A DNA stretch of 64,000 nt from a virus (lineage: Duplodnaviria > Caudoviricetes), in the IMG/VR virus record IMGVR_UViG_3300027782_000030, positions 64,001 through 128,000 of that record, one strand, 5' to 3'. The translations under genes were made by a program, and so were the position numbers. Each line of letters starts with the position of its first letter. Position 1 is the first letter of the stretch. The notes below the pieces were generated by a model that saw only the letters and a list, made by a program, of their open reading frames with translations, was not told the DNA's origin and did no database searches. Of this stretch, positions 27,101 to 37,600 are shown piece by piece.

Positions 27101-27798
27101 AAGGTGCTACCGCCGGAATACAAGGAATAGCTGGTAGTATAACAGGGGCAATGTCATCTAGCCCAATGGGACAACTAGCCTCTGCGGTAAGCGGATCAGG
27201 AATAACTAGTTTAACAGGTGGAGTTAATAGCATTGCAAGTGCTGCAGGATTATCATTAACTAATGTCTTACCAGGTGGATTAACTGGTGGAATACCTGAT
27301 GTTGCTGGTCAAATTGGCGGGGCATTAAATAAACTCAAATCGGGTACTAGTAGTCTTTCATCATTGGCTCTAAATGGATTGCCTCCTGGCGCTTCGGCTG
27401 AAATAAGCGCAGCAATGTCATCATTAACTTCAATGGGATCTTCTCCTGTTAAACTCCCAACTGTAGCGGCTAATACTTTTGACAGAAGTGAAATTACAGC
27501 ACAAATTAGTTCCTTATTAGGCAATCCAAAAATACCTAAACCAAACTTCACAGGAGAAGTTCCAAGTGCAGCAAAAGCGGCTCTACAAGCAGCGCAAGAA
27601 AAAGTTACAAAATCTACTATAGTAAGTTCGGAAGTAGCTACTCTTTCAATAGATTTAAAATACGCACAATCACAACTTGAAGGAGCCGAACAATCATATC
27701 CTCCAGGTGATCCTGAAATAGAAACTGCTAAAGAAAAGGTATTAGAATTAGTTGCTAAACTTGAAGCTAAGAGCCAAGAGCTATCTTCTCTAACATAA
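24130..27798 (+). CDS. gp5: Baseplate central spike with long C-terminal extension
   Basis: OB-fold DPTRSGRLQVYI...PPDLGTTVICIF and beta-helix repeats (GHSIVLDD, GHQILMSDD, GDLNLHADNNINI), followed by about 750 aa of low-complexity sequence. Confidence 0.78.
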   Translation: MEDGFKPQGPTKASKPDSGGGVTREVPVLGVVKNNIDPTRSGRLQVYISDLGDDNPDESESWVTVSYMTPFYGFVTPKAATKGFGDYTANPSSYGMWYSPPDLGTTVICIFINGDPNYGYWIGCVPKPEALHMVPAIGASTNIIANTEGEAEGYGGATRLPVTNINTNNESISDTADFLTQPKPVHSYSAMILNQQGLIRDPVRGTISSSAQRESPSRVGWGISTPGRPIYDGGYDDATIVDAAVGEVPDEGLAVIARRGGHSIVLDDGDILGQDQLVRIRSAAGHQILMSDDGQTLFIIHSNGQSYIELGKEGTIDMYSTNSVNIRTQGDLNLHADNNININAKKKLNIKAEDINIESEKTTSQKIGTNNSVYTMGTFTHKVDGAMSMAAGGEGSYASGGVMYVNGSKVNLNTGATSTTPQVVPAISVLAHTDTLYDSSKGYAAAPGKLQSITSRAPAHAPWANAGQGVDVKTSSSASSELPPAPSPAVASTNEAASAATTEAPATPATIATVPPVAAASGALDPNTTGAMVSAVATTVAAGPASRAIQAGAGVVSSSQGPVAVVGSLAQTPAQLESAGILKPGSATLVNSLVQGGSNVQAAMTDNLFTGVPGAVNLKSLVNSIPAQVSAQVSTFQQSQTALTNAGVITGKESPVSTAGLIMAGATAGVGATLNSMSSLVSTSTVNSIGKTLGASANLSKALGATGAAKSILSTSSAITSTLKAGNLAAGLAQTVSGGLGSISQATKALNQLQGLNSAILGASRGPAAQAFGAILGTFKPLKAGIPQNLFSIARNALRTADAVSKGDIIKSATGALSTIGAIGGPGTSKITGALSGTVNAIGRLTSATTPAAAFRGLTGLIGGIGSVGAAVGNKNVSQISKQVNSALTGANKILQAGTQLSKATDIAGSLNATANAVRGANQLTAALGGVSALASGISNLPGGQKAISNVINKSPNSMTSALPAVLAVGALVSTTLSAAKNNISPQLSLQGATAGIQGIAGSITGAMSSSPMGQLASAVSGSGITSLTGGVNSIASAAGLSLTNVLPGGLTGGIPDVAGQIGGALNKLKSGTSSLSSLALNGLPPGASAEISAAMSSLTSMGSSPVKLPTVAANTFDRSEITAQISSLLGNPKIPKPNFTGEVPSAAKAALQAAQEKVTKSTIVSSEVATLSIDLKYAQSQLEGAEQSYPPGDPEIETAKEKVLELVAKLEAKSQELSSLT

Positions 27799-27801
27799 AT
27801 A
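27795..27801 (+). promoter_or_regulatory. Late promoter box (ATAAATA)
   Basis: ATAAATA-CATT-ATG. Confidence 0.6.
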
Positions 27802-27805
27802 CATT

Positions 27806-28255
27806 ATGCCACAATATATAGGATTCAGCACTCTAGGGGCTAACTTGCCTAAAACTACTAATGCACCAACCGGCAACGATGGTGGTACAGGTAACATCGT
27901 GCGTCAAAATAATGTAGGTAAAAAGTTTAGGTTAGTAGATCAGCCATTAGTAATACAAGACTTTGTAAATGCATTGAATATTAGACAAGGACAAAAAGTA
28001 GGTCAACCCGGGTATGGAACTACTCTTTGGTCATTTATTTTTGAACCTAATACCACTGACACTCAATACCAATTACAAACTGAAGTACAACGGGTAGCCA
28101 GTTTAGATCCTAGATTAATAGTTAACAGTGTTGTGGCATTCCCACAAGAACTTGGTATTCTTATTGAAGTAGAAATAGCCGTAGCCCCATTCAATCAGGC
28201 TCAAGTTCTTAGTTTATTCGTAGATACTAATCTTTCACAGATTTTAGTTCAATAA
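27806..28255 (+). CDS. gp25: Baseplate wedge/sheath initiator
   Basis: LNIRQGQKVGQPGYGTTLWSFIFEP...DPRL motif. Confidence 0.85.
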   Translation: MPQYIGFSTLGANLPKTTNAPTGNDGGTGNIVRQNNVGKKFRLVDQPLVIQDFVNALNIRQGQKVGQPGYGTTLWSFIFEPNTTDTQYQLQTEVQRVASLDPRLIVNSVVAFPQELGILIEVEIAVAPFNQAQVLSLFVDTNLSQILVQ

Positions 28256-28283
28256 TTCTTAAAAACCCAAGGTTTTAGGTATG

Positions 28284-28290
28284 ATAAATA
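28284..28290 (+). promoter_or_regulatory. Late promoter box (ATAAATA)
   Basis: Intergenic, 17 nt upstream of the gp6 ATG. Confidence 0.55.
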
Positions 28291-28307
28291 CTTAAAAGAG
28301 AAAACAT

Positions 28308-31300
28308 ATGGCTACTAGCTCAAGACAATCAGCATTATTTGGAGTAAATGATTGGCAAGCAATTTACCAAACATTTAGGGAAGCAGACTTTCGTAGCTAT
28401 GACTATGAAACTTTGCGTAAAAGCTTCATTGATTATTTGCGTCTTTACTATCCTGAAACATTCAATGATTACATTGAAAGTTCAGAATTCATTGCTTTAT
28501 TAGATGTTATTGCTTTTATGGGGCAGGGTCTAGCCTTTCGCAACGACTTAAATACCCGCGAAAACTTTATTGATACAGCAGAACGCAGAGATAGCGTCAT
28601 CAAGTTAGCAAACTTAGTTAGCTATAATCCAAAGCGTAATTTAGCTGGACAGGGTTTTCTAAAAGTTATAAGCATACAAACTACACAGAATATTAATGAC
28701 CTTAATGGAATCAATCTAGGAAATCTTCCTATATTATGGAATGACCCTGCTAACCCAAACTGGTTAGAGCAGTTCAATACAATTATAAATGCAGCACTAG
28801 TTAATACTCAAAAAATAGGTCGTCCTGGAAATGTAGCAGACTTGTTAGGTGTTATTACTAGCGAATATGCACTAAAAATTCCTGCCGACACCCTACCAAT
28901 AGTACCGTTCACCAGTACGATTGACGGCATCACTATGAATTTTGAATTGGTAAGCGTTACTAGTGTTGATGAAGATTATGTTTACGAGATACCTCCCGCC
29001 CCTAGTGGTACATTTAACATGGTATATCGTAATGACAAGTTAGGATACGGCAGCCCTAATACAGGGTATTTCTTTTATTTTAAGCAAGGCACCTTGCAAA
29101 ATTATGATTTTGTATTACAACAACAAATCGCTAATCAAGTGGTTAACATTGGCGATATTCAGGGTGTTAATAATACAGACACTTGGTTATACCAATTAAA
29201 TGAAAATAATGGAACAAGATTAGCTTGGAAAAAGGTAGACAATGTATACGCAGATGCATACCTTCAAACTGAAACAAGCCAGAGAAAAATATTTGCGGTA
29301 GCCTCTAGATTTAATGACCAAGTTAGTTATACATTTGGTGATGGTGTATTCAGTCAAATTCCTGTGGGAACTTACAGAGCATATGTTCGTGCAGGCAATG
29401 CCCTAACATATACTATTGATCCAAATGAAATGCAGGGCATTTCAGTTTCACTTAATTATGTTGATAGATTTGGTAAAACACAGATATTAACTGTAGCATT
29501 ATCTTTACCATTGCCGATATCAAACGCTCAGGTTCGTGAGCCAATCGCTCAAATTAAACAACGGGCGCCTAGCCGTTATTATACACAAAACCGTATGGTA
29601 AACGGAGAAGATTATAACAACTTCCCGTATACCTTATATAGTTCTATTATAAAATCTAAGGCTATCAACAGAAGTTCAATTGGTGTAAGTAAAAACTTAG
29701 ACTTGCTTGATCCTACAGGAAAGTATTCTAGTGTTAATTCATTTGCTACAGATGGTGCAATGTGGCAAGATAATACTAATGGATACTTAGCGTTAACAAT
29801 CAATAATACTGGTAATATTATTACCTTCTTAACAGATGCACTTGGCTCAGTGTTGTCAAGTAATAGAACAGTTCAATACTATACACAGAATTATCCACAA
29901 TATAGTATTAATCAAGCATCAGGAGATGGAACTGTATATTGGCAAACTAGTTCAGTAGATGCTAATTCGTTAACTGGATACTTTTATAATATAGTTTCTA
30001 ATACGGATACCCCAATTCCAATTGGTACTTACTCTACTAACAATGTAAAATATGTTACCCCAGGTGCTCTAATTAAATTTGTTGCGCCTGCTGGATATTA
30101 TTTTGATCAAAATAATCGTTTAGTAGCAGGTATCCCAGGACCCAGTGAACAAACTTTTGTATGGACAACTGTACTAAGTGTTATCGGTGATGGATATAAT
30201 AATGGGCAAGGTTCTTTTAGTAATGGATCAGGGCCAGTGACATTGAATGGTTATATTCCAATTGGTGCACAAATAACTACTGTACTACCTGCATTTGACA
30301 ATTCATTATCTAATGCCATTATTCAAGAATGTATTATCAGAATGGAGTTACAACAAAATTTTAGTTTGGTATTTAATAATGCATTAACAATTGCAGAAGA
30401 TCGTTGGAGCATCAGACAATATGATGATGCTAATTATTTTGTGAATTTTTTAAGTTTAGGTAACAATCGTTATACGATAAGCTATAGGTCATTGAAATAT
30501 TATTTTGGTAGTGTGCAAGATACTAGATTTACTTTTGAGCGTGACAAATTAGTTTACGATCCTTTTAGTGGAAAAATCTTACAAGATTACATAAAAGTTT
30601 TAGCAACTAATACTCAGCCAACTAATAATTATCCATTAGCAACAGATATTCAGGTAAGTATTATTGGTCAAACAGTTGAAAGTGATGGATATATAAACGA
30701 TTTTGAAGTTGAAGTTGCTAGCACAGATATTAATAATCGTGGATTAATAATCAATCCTACATTTTTCCAAACAGTCACTGGTTATACTACCGGTGGAGCA
30801 AATACAGGAATTTATGTATTTTTTGAATTAGTAGAAGATGCAATTAATCTTTCTCGTTATCAACTTGTACCTAGCTCAGATGTAGTTCAATATCAAACTA
30901 AAACTCAGATTGAAGTTGTCAAATACGATTATCCATTAGGACAATTGTTCTATGCATACGGAGACAATTTATTCTATACTTCAGTACAAGATACTACAGT
31001 AACAACGCCATACTATATATTAGTTGAACAACCTCAATACTCTATTAAACCAGGTAGACAGGGATTACAATTCCAATACCGTCATAATAGTAATAATACA
31101 ACTCGCATAGATCCTGCTACTACAAACATAATTGATTTGTATGTAGTGCCGCAATCATATTATACTAATTATCAAAAGTATATACAGGATACAACAAATA
31201 CTGTACCTATGCCACCTAAACCAACTATTGGTGAATTGACACAAGATTATGGTCAGGTAAATGATTATAAGATGTTAAGTGATAGTGTAATATTGAATAG

Positions 31301-31679
31301 TGTTATATTTAAACCATTATTTGGGCCCAAAGCGGCTGCAAATCTTAGAGGTACTATTAAAGTTATAAAAAATAATAATGTAAATGCCAGTAATAGTGAA
31401 ATTCGTACGGCAGTTCTTGCTGCTATGAATGTTTATTTTAATATTAATAATTGGAATTTTGGAGATACCTTTTACTTCTCTGAATTAAGTGCATATTTGC
31501 ATGACCAGGTTGGAGAATTAATTAGTTCTGCTGTTCTAGTTCCTAACGATCCTACAATGTCATTTGGCGACCTATATGAAATAAAATGTGCGCCATATGA
31601 GATTTTCGTCAATGCTGCTACCGCTGATGATGTATTGGTAATTGCAGCGCTTACTCCCGCCGAGTTACAAATTAGATAA
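28308..31679 (+). CDS. gp6: Baseplate wedge subunit
   Basis: Motifs DFRSYDYETLR, ENFIDTAERRDSVIKLA, FGDGVF and QNRMVNGEDY. Confidence 0.88.
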   Translation: MATSSRQSALFGVNDWQAIYQTFREADFRSYDYETLRKSFIDYLRLYYPETFNDYIESSEFIALLDVIAFMGQGLAFRNDLNTRENFIDTAERRDSVIKLANLVSYNPKRNLAGQGFLKVISIQTTQNINDLNGINLGNLPILWNDPANPNWLEQFNTIINAALVNTQKIGRPGNVADLLGVITSEYALKIPADTLPIVPFTSTIDGITMNFELVSVTSVDEDYVYEIPPAPSGTFNMVYRNDKLGYGSPNTGYFFYFKQGTLQNYDFVLQQQIANQVVNIGDIQGVNNTDTWLYQLNENNGTRLAWKKVDNVYADAYLQTETSQRKIFAVASRFNDQVSYTFGDGVFSQIPVGTYRAYVRAGNALTYTIDPNEMQGISVSLNYVDRFGKTQILTVALSLPLPISNAQVREPIAQIKQRAPSRYYTQNRMVNGEDYNNFPYTLYSSIIKSKAINRSSIGVSKNLDLLDPTGKYSSVNSFATDGAMWQDNTNGYLALTINNTGNIITFLTDALGSVLSSNRTVQYYTQNYPQYSINQASGDGTVYWQTSSVDANSLTGYFYNIVSNTDTPIPIGTYSTNNVKYVTPGALIKFVAPAGYYFDQNNRLVAGIPGPSEQTFVWTTVLSVIGDGYNNGQGSFSNGSGPVTLNGYIPIGAQITTVLPAFDNSLSNAIIQECIIRMELQQNFSLVFNNALTIAEDRWSIRQYDDANYFVNFLSLGNNRYTISYRSLKYYFGSVQDTRFTFERDKLVYDPFSGKILQDYIKVLATNTQPTNNYPLATDIQVSIIGQTVESDGYINDFEVEVASTDINNRGLIINPTFFQTVTGYTTGGANTGIYVFFELVEDAINLSRYQLVPSSDVVQYQTKTQIEVVKYDYPLGQLFYAYGDNLFYTSVQDTTVTTPYYILVEQPQYSIKPGRQGLQFQYRHNSNNTTRIDPATTNIIDLYVVPQSYYTNYQKYIQDTTNTVPMPPKPTIGELTQDYGQVNDYKMLSDSVILNSVIFKPLFGPKAAANLRGTIKVIKNNNVNASNSEIRTAVLAAMNVYFNINNWNFGDTFYFSELSAYLHDQVGELISSAVLVPNDPTMSFGDLYEIKCAPYEIFVNAATADDVLVIAALTPAELQIR

Positions 31680-31682
31680 GTA
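31676..31682 (+). promoter_or_regulatory. Late promoter box (ATAAGTA)
   Basis: ATAAGTA-CTAAT-ATG. Confidence 0.58.
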
Positions 31683-31687
31683 CTAAT

Positions 31688-34600
31688 ATGGCAACTAGAA
31701 TCCGCACCCTAAATTTTCTACCAGAGATATTTCAAACTCCGACTAACGCTCAATTTTTAGCGGCTAGTTTGGATCAACTAGTAGCACAGCCACTGACTAA
31801 AACAATTCAAGGGTATGTGGGTAGTAGGTTTGGTTACGGGGTTAATGCTAAAGATTATTATGTAACTGAACCAACTAAAGTAAGAACAGATTATCAATTA
31901 GATCCCGGAGTAGTATTTACCAAAACTAATCTATCTACTGCACAAGATTTCATTAGTTACCCAGGTATATTAGATGCTCTTAAACTTGAAGGGGCACTAA
32001 CTGCTGATAATAGTAGATTATTTAATAGTCAATTTTATTCATGGGATTCGTTTACAAATCTAGATAAAATTATTAATTTTAATCAATACTATTGGATTCC
32101 TGAAGGTCCTGAGCAGGTTGTAGTATCATCAGACACAGTATTTGCTACTAATGATTATTTGGTAACTGATGTTGTAAATGGTTATAACATTATTCCTGTT
32201 ACTTCAACTGAAGCAGGAACTACTAACCCAACATTAACATTATTAAGGGGAGGTACTTATACTTTTGCAGTAAATCAATCAGGTCAATTTTGGATTCAAG
32301 GTGCACCTGGAGTAACTGGATATAGTCCTACCCAACCTAATTTACAAACCAGAGATGTATATGGGGTAGACAATAATGGTGCAACTATAGGAACGGTTAC
32401 ATTTACAGTTCCTCCAAAAGATGCTCAAAATAATTATAATTTTCCTGGTAATAATTTAGTTGATGTAGTAAGTGATATTCCTTTCAATGAAGTTAACGGT
32501 GCTAGAGTAAGTGATCTAGGTGGTATTGACGGTGTTACAGCATTGAACGGGTTAACCGTTATGTTTTATAACACTGGTATCACTAATGAGATTGGATTTA
32601 CTTCAAACTTCTTTGACTATACTAATTATGATTATAATAATAATTTAGTAGCTACAGAAACAGTTGATGTAACTGCAACAGCATCAACTGGTAATTTAAT
32701 TACATGTGATTCAACAAGCAATTTAGTTGTAGGAAATTCTATAGTATTCTCAGGAGTTGGCTTTGGTGGATTATCTATCTATTCTGAAACTCTTCCTGAT
32801 ACTTTATATTTCGTAGAAAGCATTACAAGTCCTACTGAATTTTCAGTGTCATTGACTGTTGGTGGAGCACAAGTAGTACTTTCAGATGATACCGGTACAT
32901 TGGTAGGCACAACTAATCAGGGATTGTTAGAAGAAGGATTCTACACAACAGTTAATCAAAATTTTTATACTATTGAGTATATCGGAGATGTAGCGAATCC
33001 TATAATCAGATTAATACCTAGTTCATTGATACCTACTAATCAAAAAATAACAGCAAATTTTGGTACTCAGTGGATAAGCAGAGTTTTCTATAAAAATGAA
33101 TTTGGTATAATTAACATTGTTCCTTTTATAAGTGCACCACTAGATACTTTATATTATCAAGACGGAACTTCTGCTAATAAAGTTGGTATAATTCGTATCA
33201 TTGACAGTAATATTACAAATACACTAGATGTAGAAACAGACATATTAGGTCAGCTACAATTCACTGCAACAAATGGGGTAGTGTTTACTAATGGATTAAA
33301 AGTAGTATTTCAGGGTGATGTAATTCCTGCAAGTTATAAAACTGGCGCATATTATGTTGAGGGTGTTGGTAGTGGAATAGAATTAATACCAGTAAGCAAT
33401 TTAATATCACCTGATCCCTTTACAGCAAGTACCTATGTACCTTGGGACACTACAGCATGGGACATTGGCAATTGGGAAGGAACTTCATATATTCCCGTAA
33501 CTCCTGATTACATTACCATTGCAAGAAATAGTATTGACCTAAATGCTTGGTCAAGAAGTAATAGATGGTTTCATATTGATGTAATCAATGCTACTGCTGA
33601 ATATAACAATGATCCTACATTGTTTACTCTATATGCTACACCTGAAAACAAAGCAAAGCGTCCTATAATTGAGTTTTACCCTAACTTACGGTTATTCAAT
33701 ACTGGCACAGAAGGTAAAGATCCTATTGACTTTATTGATTTTAGAACTACCGACGCATTTTCACAAGTTGCAGGTCAAGAAAATTATTATCCTGATGTAA
33801 CCGCATATACTGGTTATGATGCAGTTATTGCTACCGTAGTGGCAGATACCACTACTGACATTGTTATTCCTATTGATAGTGTGCAGGGTACATTTGCAAT
33901 AGGACAATATGTTGCAGATTCTACAAACTTATTACCAACCAATTCATATATTACAGACATTGTAACCACAACTACTACTGTGACTTTAACTATAGAATGG
34001 ACATTTGCTACCTCCTTCACAGGTACTGCTGTAGCGTCGGTTATAAGCACTGATACTACTGTAGATAATTATGCATTGTTTGATGGTTCAAGAGTTGTAT
34101 TTGCAGTTGATACTGATGCTAATGTAAGAAATAAAATTTATGTATCTAGATTTTCATCTATAAATGGTTCTACTCCAGTTATTACTCTAACTGAAGCGAC
34201 TGATGGTGAAGTTCTAGTTAATCAAGGAACAGTTGTACTAAGAGGGTATGTCAATCAAGGTAATGATTTTTACTTTGATGGGATTGAATGGATAGAAGCC
34301 CAAGAAAAAATAACTGTAAATCAGCCCCCATTATTTAACGTATTTGATGAAAACGGTGTTAGTTTTGGTAATGCTGATTTATATGTTGGCACTTCTTTTA
34401 TAGGTAATAAATTATTTGCATACGGCATTGGTGCAGGTATAAATGATATTGTATTAGGATTTCCAATACGGTATAGTTCTGTAGACAATGTGGGTGACAT
34501 ATCATTTGATGTATCATTAAACTTAGATACATTTAACTATGTCCAAGGTAATGAACCTATTACACAACGGGTTAATACTGGATATGTCCATCAAGCAGTT

Positions 34601-37600
34601 AATAGAACAGAATATATAAGACAGATTGGTTGGCAAACTGCGGTATCACCTAGTATTCAATATCAGATATTTGAATTTGATTATGATGTTTTAAATCCTA
34701 CAACAACCTTTACTTGCGATATAGCAATGATGGATGTTGCTGACACGAATTGGCCTAATATTGAAGTTTATATTAATAATGTAATACAAGATAATACTAC
34801 CTATACCGTAACGGTAAATAGTAATTCTACAGTAGTAACTCTAAACGATACTATAATAGATAACACTGTAATACAAATATTATTATTAAGCAATCAAGTA
34901 AGCAAAACCGCTTATTATAGTATCCCGATCAACTTAAATAACAATCCATTCAATGAGGATATAACTGTAGCTAACGTTGGGGATATACGAGGGCAATACC
35001 AAAGTATATTTTTCAACAATCCAAATACTACAGGACCTGTGTTTGGATCAAATAATTTTAGAGATTTGGGTAATTTAGTTCCATGGGGCAATCGCATTAT
35101 TCAGAATAGTGCATCACTAGTATTACCTAGCGTATTTTTACGCAAACAAAATCATAGTTTGTTTAATTCGTTATTGTTTAATAATCGTGAATATATTAAA
35201 TTTAAAACTTTATTAGTAGATACAGTTAATAATACAGATTATGTTCAGCGTTATTCACCCTCAGAAATTTTAGATAATGCATTAGATCAAATAACTTTTA
35301 GCAAGACTGATAATCAACCGTTCTTTTGGAGCGATATGCTACCTAGTAAGGCAGCATATATTACTAATACATATACTTTTGCTAATAGCTTAGATGTAAG
35401 TATATACTCATTGAGTAGAATTTATGATTTTACTACAGCAAATTACTACGGAGTTTTAGTATACTTAACAAGAACCGTAGAAAATATTACTGCAACTAAA
35501 CAATTAATAATTAATCAGGATTATACTGTAAGTTCAGATTCTCCGTCGTTGACAATAACACTTGATTTATTACCCGGCGATATTATTACTATCAAGGAAT
35601 ACAATCAAACATATGGTTCATATGTACCCAATACACCAACTAAGTTAGGATTGTATCCTGCGTTTATTCCTGCCGTAGTACAAGATATTAACTATTCACA
35701 ACCTACATATTTTATATTGGGTCATGATGGTTCTTATAACAAATTATACGGTAATTATTTACCTAATGCAAATTTATTAGTAGATTTTAGAGATCAGGCA
35801 TTATTAGAATATGAGACCCGTGTTTACAACAACTTAAAATTAAGTAATGCAATACCTATTCAAGCGTATGAAGTATTACCTGGTTTCTTTAGAACCACAG
35901 ATTATTCTTTTGACGAATGGTTAGAAATTTATAGTGTGGGCTTTTTAAATTGGGTAGGACAAAATCGTTTAGATTATAAGCGTCAATTATTCCAAACCAA
36001 TAATGAATTTACCTATAATTACTGGCAAAGTGGTAATGCAATTAATAGAGAGGCTATCTATCAAGGATATTGGAGAGGTATATATCAATATTATTACGAT
36101 ACATCTACCCCAAATACTACACCATGGGAGATGTTAGGATTTGTCAATAAACCAAGTTGGTGGGAAACTAGATATGGTCCTGCGCCCTATACTAGCGATA
36201 ACTTAGTATTATGGACTGATTTATCAGAAGGTATTGATTGGAATGATGGGAACCCTGTTGTAATTCCTGCTGCTGTCAGACCTGAATTACTTCAAGTGAT
36301 TCCAGTAGATAGTTCAGGAGATTTATTATCTCCTCTAAGAAATATAGTTGGAAGTTACAATTCAAACATTTTCCAACGTGATTGGAAAGTAGGTGATGAT
36401 GCACCAGTTGAATTTAGTTATCGTAGAAGCAGTTCATATCCTTTTGATTTAATGCGTATATTAGCATTAACTAAGCCTGCTGAATTTTTCAACTTAGGTG
36501 TTGACCTAGACAACTATAAGTATAGCGAAGAGTTTGGTCAATATCTTGTTAATAATAGAAGTCATTTAGTAATAAGCAATGTTGAAATTTATGGTTCAGG
36601 TACTGCTAAAACTAGTTACATTAATTGGATTGTTGATTATGAAAAACAAGTTGGAGTAGATGCTACTGCTAATATTACCACACTATTAGACAACTTAGAT
36701 GTACGATTAGTGTATCGTCTTGCTGGATTTAGTGACAAGACCTTACTAAAATTTTATGTAGAGAAAGGTACTCCAAACAGCAGAAATGCTTCGCTATTAA
36801 TACCTGATGAAAGTTACAGTATATTATTGTATGACAATCAACCCTTTAATCGTGTAATATATAGTGGTGTAGTGGTACAAATAAACCAATACGGATTCTC
36901 AGTATTTGGAAATTCTCAAACACAAACTTATTTTAAAACATTAAAACCATATTATAATGGTAACTATGAACGCATTGCGGTAGACAATTTAACAGTTAAA
37001 GTTTCTCAAGACCACAGCGAAGTTGAAGTTATTGTGCCATATAATACCATATATGGAACTGTACAAGAGGTAGCAACATTTTTATCTAACTATGGCGCTT
37101 GGTTAAGAAACTTAGGACTAACCTTTGAGCAACAAGCAAATGAGTTAGAAATTAATTGGAATCAAATGATTGCTGAGTTTTTATATTGGGCTCAGACTGG
37201 GTGGGAAGAAGGAAGCATTGTTACTTTAAATCCTGCTGCAAGAACTATTGCGTTTAATAAAGATAGTAACATTGTACAACCATTAACTATTCAACAAACA
37301 AATTTTATTCTAAATCAAAATTTATATCCTATTCAGAATAGAGATTTAGCAATTATTCGTGAAGGAACTCTATTCACTGCTACAGCATTAAATGATGGGG
37401 ATGCTATTTCGTATGCTCAATTTAATATTAGTAATTTTGAACATGGTATAGTTTTTGACAATATAACTCTATTCAATGACATATTATATAACTTAGTCAC
37501 CGGGTTAAGACAAAACCGTATTACTTTACGAGGAACTAAGAGTGCAGATTGGAACGGCACAGTTGATGCTCAAGGATTTATCTATAATCAAGATAATATT

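Noticed and set aside
26022-27551. Several minus-strand ORFs within the gp5 extension
   Set aside because: They are shadow ORFs of low-complexity coding sequence.
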